The position numbers and the translations under genes are program-made. A stretch of DNA of 64,000 nt, taken from NCBI GenBank assembly GCA_965224025.1, contig OZ245033.1, forward strand, positions 1,184,001 through 1,248,000, in the 5' to 3' direction. How positions within the stretch are numbered: position 1 is the stretch's first letter; each line of letters begins with the position of its first letter. This DNA is from Candidatus Multivorans sp. GTDB taxonomy: Bacteria; Acidobacteriota; Thermoanaerobaculia; Multivoradales; Multivoraceae. The notes beneath the pieces are model-generated. The model was given only the letters and a program-made list of their open reading frames with translations, ran no database searches and was not told the DNA's origin. This document shows positions 61,716 through 64,000 of this stretch, piece by piece.

Positions 61716-64000
61716 GTGCCGGTTGAACAGCTACCCGAACCGCCGGACCGCGCCACGCGCGCAGGCGCCCTCCTCGCCGCTCTCGAGCAGCGGATCCTCG
61801 TGCTCGACGGCGCCACCGGCACGGCGTTCCAGGCTGCGAACCTCTCTCCGGCGGACTTCGGCGGCGCCGAACTCGAGGGCTGCAACGAGATCCTGGTCGA
61901 CACACGGCCCGATGTCGTGCTCGACGTCCACCGCTCCTATCTGCGAGCCGGCGCCGACATCGTGGAGACGAACACCTTCGGCGGCACGCCCCTGGTGCTC
62001 GCCGAGTACGGCTTGCAGGAGCGCGCGTTCGAACTGAACCGGGGCGCGGCGGAGCTGGCGCGGCAGGCCTGCGCCGAAACGGAGCGGGAGTGCTTCGTCT
62101 GCGGCTCGATGGGGCCGACGACGAAGGCGATATCGGTCACCGGCGGCGTCACGTTCGAACAACTGCGGGACGACTACTTCACGCAGGCGCTGGGTCTGGC
62201 GGCCGGCGGCGCCGACTACCTGCTGCTCGAGACCTGCCAGGACACGCGCAACGTGAAGGCGGGGCTGATCGGGATCGAGCGGGCGTTCGAGCAACTGGGC
62301 TGGCGTCTGCCGGTGGCGGTCTCGGTGACGATCGAGACGATGGGCACGATGCTCGGAGGTCAGGAGGTGGAGGCGCTGGCGGCCTCCCTGCTGCACCGGG
62401 ACCGCCGGGATCTTCTCTACGTCGGCCTCAATTGCGCCACCGGACCGGACCAGATGTTCGATCACCTTCGGGCACTTTCGGAGATCTGCCGCACGCGGGT
62501 GGCGTGCGTCCCGAACGCCGGGTTGCCCGACGAGGACGGCCTCTATACCCAGACCCCCGACGACTTCCGGGCCGTCTTCTCCCGCTTTCTCGATCACGGC
62601 TGGCTGAACCTGGTCGGCGGCTGCTGCGGCACGACCGCGGCCCACATCGAAGCGTTCAGCGACCTCGTCCGCGGCAGCGCCCCACGACGGCCGCCCGATC
62701 ACGGGCGCTGTCTGGTTTCGGGCCTGGACGCGGCGGAACTGACCGAGGACAACCGGCCGCTCCTGGTGGGCGAGCGCACGAACGTGCTCGGCAGCCGCAA
62801 GTTCAAGCGGCTGATCCGCGAGGGCGAGTACGAGGCGGCGGCCGAGGTCGGTCGCGCACAGGTCAAGAACGGTGCCCAGGTGGTCGACATCTGCCTCCAG
62901 GACCCGGAGCGCGACGAGGTGGACGACATGGAACGGTTCCTGGAGCGTCTGGTGCGCCGGGTCAAGGCGCCGCTCATGATCGACAGCACCGACCACGAGG
63001 TCATGGCCCGGGCGCTCACCTGGTGCCAGGGGCGGTCGATCCTCAACTCGATCAACCTGGAGGACGGGACCGAGCGCTTCGAGCGGGTCGTGCCCCTGGC
63101 CAGGCAGTTCGGCTGCGCCGTGATCGTCGGCCTGATCGACGAGCAGGGCATGGCGGTGTCGACCGACTGCAAGCTGAAGGTCGCGGAGCGCAGCTACGAC
63201 CTCCTGACCTCGCGCTGGGGCCTGGAACCCCAGGACATCTGGTGGGACCCCCTGGTCTTCCCGTGCGGCACCGGCGACGAGGCCTATCTCGGATCGGCGG
63301 CGGCCACGATCGAGGGCGTGCGCAGCGTGCGCGAGGCGTTCCCGGGCACGCGGACGATCCTGGGCATCTCGAACGTGAGCTTCGGCCTGCCGCTCGCGGG
63401 CCGCGAGGTCCTGAACGCGATATTCCTCTACCGCTGCACCCAGGCCGGCCTCGACGCGGCGATCGTCAACACGCAGGGTCTGGCCCGCTACGCCGAGATT
63501 CCGGTCGCCGAACGGGTGCTCGCGGAAGCGCTGCTCGATCTGCGGCCCGGCGACGTGAAGGCGGGGCGGCGCGCGGTCGAGGCGTTCACCGCCGCCTTCC
63601 GGGAGCGCAAGGGGCGGAGCGAACGGGCCCCGCGGGACCTGCTGCCGCTGGCGGAACGGCTTTCCCGGTCGGTGGTCGAGGGCAGCAAGGAGGGTCTCAG
63701 GTCGGACCTGGACGCGGCGCTGGCGGACCCGCGCTGGCCGGACCCGCTCGACATCATCAACGGCCCGCTGATGACCGGGATGGCGGAAGTGGGCCGGCTG
63801 TTCAACGACAACGAACTGATCGTGGCCGAGGTGCTGCAGAGCGCCGAAGTGATGAAGGCGGCCGTCGACCACCTTGAAGCCCACATGGAGCGGATGGAGG
63901 GCATGATCCGCGGCCGGGTCATCCTGGCCACCGTCAAGGGTGACGTCCATGACATCGGCAAGAACCTGGTCGACATCATCCTGACCAACAACGGCTTCCA
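61716..64000 (+). CDS. metH: Cobalamin-dependent methionine synthase (runs off the window end)
   Basis: ILVLDGATGT, ETNTFG, GGCCGTT, VGERTNVLGS, ATVKGDVHDIGKNLV; not in ORF track because there is no stop. Confidence 0.96.
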   Translation, partial: MPVEQLPEPPDRATRAGALLAALEQRILVLDGATGTAFQAANLSPADFGGAELEGCNEILVDTRPDVVLDVHRSYLRAGADIVETNTFGGTPLVLAEYGLQERAFELNRGAAELARQACAETERECFVCGSMGPTTKAISVTGGVTFEQLRDDYFTQALGLAAGGADYLLLETCQDTRNVKAGLIGIERAFEQLGWRLPVAVSVTIETMGTMLGGQEVEALAASLLHRDRRDLLYVGLNCATGPDQMFDHLRALSEICRTRVACVPNAGLPDEDGLYTQTPDDFRAVFSRFLDHGWLNLVGGCCGTTAAHIEAFSDLVRGSAPRRPPDHGRCLVSGLDAAELTEDNRPLLVGERTNVLGSRKFKRLIREGEYEAAAEVGRAQVKNGAQVVDICLQDPERDEVDDMERFLERLVRRVKAPLMIDSTDHEVMARALTWCQGRSILNSINLEDGTERFERVVPLARQFGCAVIVGLIDEQGMAVSTDCKLKVAERSYDLLTSRWGLEPQDIWWDPLVFPCGTGDEAYLGSAAATIEGVRSVREAFPGTRTILGISNVSFGLPLAGREVLNAIFLYRCTQAGLDAAIVNTQGLARYAEIPVAERVLAEALLDLRPGDVKAGRRAVEAFTAAFRERKGRSERAPRDLLPLAERLSRSVVEGSKEGLRSDLDAALADPRWPDPLDIINGPLMTGMAEVGRLFNDNELIVAEVLQSAEVMKAAVDHLEAHMERMEGMIRGRVILATVKGDVHDIGKNLVDIILTNNGF

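Overview
High-GC bacterial chromosome segment. Acidobacteriota (Thermoanaerobaculia-like) is inferred from the 'C..CL.GGRY' remnant domain and overall gene content. The backbone is housekeeping: trmB, HD hydrolase, lolA, tgt-yajC-secD-secF-relA, accB-accC-thiE, aroK, a ccm operon lacking ccmC, ECF sigma/anti-sigma, proS, ilvA, two tRNA-Val, thrS, rpmI-rplT-zapB/zapA-6S RNA-rny-ymdB, ispA-tlyA-nadK-ribBA-gmd, sat/cysC and metH. Three accessory patches interrupt it. (i) A Phd/VapC TA pair, a broken Fic gene and a MITE. (ii) A ~23.6-32.1 kb island with a frameshifted methyltransferase, IS debris and a decayed mosaic secreted protein. (iii) An insertion after thrS, where infC usually lies, carrying an ISL3-destroyed ABC-type ATPase, a PIN-like nuclease and an Rnl2-type RNA ligase, a candidate cut-and-repair RNA conflict or defence module. 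Also notable are repeated diverged copies of gene 3' ends (HD hydrolase, CNNM protein, tRNA-Val), one nested in a REP-like inverted pair, and a dispersed REP-like palindrome family. Family names come from motif recognition by eye; no database searches were run.
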